Shown here in pieces: positions 60,756 through 64,000 of a stretch of DNA of 64,000 nt (positions are counted from its first letter, which is position 1; every line of letters begins with the position of its first letter). This stretch comes from Marsupella aquatica (lineage: Eukaryota; Plantae; Marchantiophyta): positions 19,146,754 through 19,210,753 of the forward strand of contig OZ316896.1 in assembly GCA_973895155.1 (NCBI GenBank), written 5' to 3'. Made by a program: the position numbers and the translations under genes. The notes beneath the pieces are model-generated. The model was given only the letters and a program-made list of their open reading frames with translations. It did not search any database and was not told where the DNA came from.

Positions 60756-61137
60756 GGCAGCTCCTTTGGGGGGGTTTACCTTCCCCCTTCAGCCTTACCT
60801 TAACGCTCCCCCCGGTGTCGCCTCGCTTTTCCCATATTCAGTAAAGGTTAGCACTCCTCCTAAACCTTATTGGGGTCTCAACAAAAGAAAGAGGAAATCA
60901 GGACCTAAGGGAAACAGGGTGTCTACTTAGACCGACCCTAGTTTCAAGGTCCCAACATCCTGGTTTGCTGGGGAGCCTTAGGCCTCCAAAGAATGTAGAG
61001 ACCTCCAGGGCATAGCAACCGATAATGACGGACGTAACTAAAAAAACAAAAAATAGGCTTATTTACAATGGTTATTTTACATGGCACAACCCAATAACCA
61101 ATTATTGAGGATTTTATGTGACGGGGACCCCGTCACA

Positions 61138-61530
61138 CTGGGCCCAATTGAGTATTTGTACCAGGTCCATGACGAGTGCTGACCGGGGATCACTCAAACC
61201 AGCTCCAGAACCTGCAACAGAAAACCTTGGCATTCCCAGCCAGCAATGATGAGGTCCAAGGAACCAAGTAGCTCAATGTGTTTCTGTTGTAGCAACTAAA
61301 CATCAGGAGGAAAGAGAGTGAAGCTTGCCTTCCATGCACTAGGTGGAAATTGTTGTGGGAACCTAGCTGAAAATTCCAGCATCCGTGATTGAGCCACCTT
61401 CCTTGCATATGGGTCAGTGAGTGTCCACATAGATGTACCTCTTCACCATCATGCCAGATTGCAAGACCCCCTCTAGGCCTGTAGAAATGCCACCAAAAAG
61501 CTCCAGCAAGGTAACGCCATCTTGAGGAGT
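61138..61530 (-). pseudogene. C5 cytosine DNA methyltransferase domain, N-terminal half (motifs I, II, IV, V), within Gypsy pol
   Basis: Manual translation across frameshifts: DGVTLLELFGGISTGLEGVLQSG (I), RYIYVDT/DPYARKV (II), LDLIIAGWECQGF/SVAG (IV), GLSDPRSALVMDLVQILNWAQ (V). Confidence 0.88.
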
Positions 61531-61539
61531 TGTCCAAGT

Positions 61540-62480
61540 GAATTAGTGTGCTCAAGACTGGGAAGATGGGTTGGCCATGGCTTTGTAGGCCCTCACATTG
61601 CTGTAGAGCAATAGTCAATGGTCCATGGGCAGCTCTTAGCCGTTGGACCACCTCAGGTTGAGGGGCTAACACAATAGGTGCAGCCAGTAAGCTCTCATTG
61701 GCTTGTGTGGTAGCCAACTCCTCTTCATCTTCTTCAATCCAATCATGCAATGAATGGTTGACATAGGAAACTGTATGCACCTCTTGCAACACACAGTAGT
61801 GAGCACTAGGGGTATGCTCCCCATGTAAATCCAATGGAATGTAGCCCAAGCACATTCCATCAGTTTGCCAATCAACACGATAGTATGCATGCTCAAACCA
61901 ATTATCAATGGTAAATCCTGGCGGGAATAAAGCCTCTTGGCCAATCAGCACATCATAGCTTGTGGCATTGGTGACCAGACATCTGACCTTGAATTGGAGT
62001 TCCTGATATGTACCTTCATTGAAAGAGAGAGTGAGCAATTGAACACTCTCACCTAGTACCTCCTCCACGGTGCCACTTGTTGTCTGGATGTACCATGCTG
62101 ATTTTTGCAATTTGGAGTCAACTAGCCCCAACTGTTTGGCAAATTGAATTCCAAGTATGACAGGCTGAGCTCCAGTATCTAGCATAACCACCTTAGGAAT
62201 GTGACCTTCCACCTGTACCACTGCAGCCCTATTATCAACAATGGCAACACTAGTGGAGACTGAAGTCTTGTCACTAGGAACAATCTTGGGCACATTGTGA
62301 GACATTTTGTGCAGGACATTAGTATCCACAACCTTGTCACTGATGAGCACGTTCAAGAGGGACTGAGAATTCCCTGAACACTTAGATATAGGCCTAGCCA
62401 TGGAATCAATACTCATCGTAGCACTAGAACTAGAACTAGAACTAGAACTAGGAAGTGACAAATGCATACTATATTCAGCA
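61540..62480 (-). pseudogene. Gypsy retropepsin-like aspartic protease and linker
   Basis: VMLDTGAQPVIL catalytic motif (DTG ~62171-62179); YDVLIGQEAL C-terminal motif; one extra base near 61540 separates it from the methyltransferase frame. Confidence 0.88.
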
Positions 62481-63829
62481 TGTGACAAAGGGGACGGTGT
62501 CGTGATAATTCAATTATTCATGATGAAATCATTACCACTAAGTATATTAGTAAGTATATATAACTTAGATTTATATTTTGTTACGGGGTAACTAAATAAT
62601 TTGACTATTATGTATGTGCATGCAAGGTAAGCAACTATGCAAACCACAAGATGCATGTACAAATTGTTTGGATGCATGTGCAAATTGTTTTATTTGCATT
62701 CAATAGTCATTTTATGTGCATGCAAGGTGAGCAAATGTGCAAGTCACAAGGTGCATGCACAAATTGTTTTAGATGCATGCAAATTGTTTTAGATGCATGC
62801 AAATTGTTTTATTTGCATGCATTAGTTATTTTATGCGCATGCAAGGTGAGCAAATGTGCAAGCCACAAGGTGCATGCATGCACAAATTATTTTAGGTGCA
62901 TGCATTAGTTGTTTTACTTGCATGCATTATTTATTTTGATTACAATAGTACTAGCACACATTCCTACGTTGGATGTGTGTCACTTGGCTTTCATCCAAAC
63001 GGTTGGGCGTAATTTATGCCCTCTTGGATTCAATTTAAATAAAGTGGTGAGACGCACTCTCTCCTCATTCCCATATTTTGATCATTTCCGCGTTGAAGCG
63101 ATCTTCTTTTCTTCTCTCATCTTTCTCTTCTATTCTTTGCTTTATGTACATAGTAGTTGGGCATCCTTTGGCCCGGATAGCAAAGAAATGAGTGGTAGAC
63201 TTATAGATGGGACCTTAGGAAACAAGATCTCTTTGGGAACTTAGGGGTGGGGCATCCTTTGGCCCGGATAGCAAAGGAACAAGAGAGTCATTATGAATCC
63301 AGGAGGGAGATATATCCCTAATCTTCCCCTTCGTAACCCATTTTTGGTTAGAGTCCATCTTTAAGACAAGCCATCCATGAGGTAGTATTTAACTCATCAC
63401 TTTGGAGCTCAATTTACAACTGCTGTTATGAGTTCTAATGAGCCAATAGTATACCCAATAGTGTCTTATCGAGAAGAGTGGGAGTGCATTATCTTTGTCC
63501 TTTATTGAAGTCATGGATCTAAATAGGAGTCCAGATGACATTCCTATTTCATTTTCTCCTGGAGATATTATGATTGTATGTCGTAGAAAAATTAGTTTCC
63601 GAGATGTGTTGATCTGCAAGTATGATGAAGTAGGATTTAATAGTATATTAATTTTACCTGAACCTTTCTTAATACCCATCGCCCTTCTTACAAGAGTTAT
63701 CATTTTGGTTTTAGTGTAAAACTTATGGGCATGTAAGGTTAACTTCATAAGAGCCAACATGCTTTTACCAGAAAACACGGTCACCCGGACAACGGTCCAA
63801 TCAAAACCTAATGTTGGACCTTCATAACA
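62481..63829. mobile_element. Probable solo LTR (~1.35 kb) inserted upstream of the protease
   Basis: Starts TGTGACA and ends CATAACA; AT-rich non-coding block between two coding-like minus-strand segments; flanks AGCA/GGCA form only an imperfect TSD. Confidence 0.5.
62612..62935. repeat. ~100-120-bp tandem repeat x3, rich in CATGCA/TGCATG
   Basis: tg(t/c)gcatgcaaggt(a/g)agcaa..tgcaa..cacaag.tgcatg..caaattgttt three times. Confidence 0.85.
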
Positions 63830-64000
63830 GGCATCATAGTAGTTGATGAGGGATCTGACATAGAGTTCAGTGTTCCCTCCAGCAAGGTAATCACATCTCT
63901 AGCATTCAACTCTAGGTCTTGGCAACTAAACAATGGAGTAGTGAGAAATTGGTGTGTCATGCCTGAAATATGAAACGGAGATGGTACCATGTGATCAGCT
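63830..64000 (-). pseudogene. Probable gag-protease linker of the Gypsy element, running off the window edge
   Basis: Coding-like open frame MVPSPFHISGMTHQFLTTPLFSCQDLELNARDVITLLEGT on the same strand, directly beyond the putative solo LTR; no diagnostic motif. Confidence 0.4.

Larger units (their letters stand above)
56791..61137. mobile_element. 4,347-bp TG..CA insertion with 5-bp TSD (solo-LTR-like), splitting the methyltransferase
   Basis: Starts TGTCAC at 56791 and ends GTCACA at 61137; TSD CTGGG at 56786-56790 and 61138-61142; no paired LTRs, gag or pol inside. Confidence 0.85.
35240..64000 (-). mobile_element. Degenerate Ty3/Gypsy LTR retrotransposon with pol order PR - C5 DNA methyltransferase - RT - RNaseH - INT - PHD, interrupted by three insertions; extends beyond the window; own LTRs not found
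   Basis: Collinear minus-strand domains; the reading frame rejoins exactly across the CACTA (ISERAA|LFRRVMPM) and across the 4.3-kb insert (ILNWAQ|ALYPVVGYVIEN) once one TSD copy is removed. Confidence 0.9.

Noticed and set aside
56190-61530. Interpretation of the methyltransferase as a host DRM/DNMT3 gene or bacterial contamination
   Set aside because: Intronless, lacks UBA/PWWP/ADD regions, and lies collinear between retroviral protease and RT with only small frameshifts at the junctions
61190-61540. C-terminal part of the listed 432-aa ORF (RWRYLAGAFWWHF...)
   Set aside because: Out-of-frame translation after a frameshift; the meaningful frame encodes methyltransferase motifs I-V
62422-62451. 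CACTAG followed by (AACTAG)n, considered as another CACTA terminus
   Set aside because: It is a hexamer microsatellite encoding poly-Ser in the Gypsy frame; no matching TIR or TSD

Overview
Eukaryotic land-plant genomic DNA (GT-AG multi-exon genes, plant-type transposons; the TE and gene style suggests a bryophyte, but the species cannot be fixed from sequence). The left half (1-31 kb) holds four host genes: a plant Cys-cluster membrane protein, an orphan Thr/Ser/Pro-repeat ORF, a 7-exon C2-domain/XYPPX-repeat gene and a 5-exon GPN1 GTPase. It also contains non-autonomous Helitrons, two TSD-flanked retroposed insertions and many local tandem duplications. The right half (35-64 kb) is a nest of transposons that can be reconstructed. 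The oldest layer is a degenerate minus-strand Ty3/Gypsy element. With the later insertions removed, its pol reads protease - DNMT3-like C5 cytosine methyltransferase - RT - RNase H - integrase - PHD finger. The ORF track does not show the methyltransferase as a single ORF because it is frameshifted and split. Three elements sit inside it: (i) an 18,006-bp CACTA element with intact TIRs and an AAG TSD, carrying an EDM2-like PHD module, a tandem-BRCT ORF, a further Cys/His-finger ORF and a captured RPL18a exon as well as TnpD/TnpA; (ii) a 4,347-bp TG..CA solo-LTR-like insert with a CTGGG TSD and a 627-codon ORF; (iii) a probable 1.35-kb solo LTR. All family assignments come from motif recognition by eye; no database searches were run.
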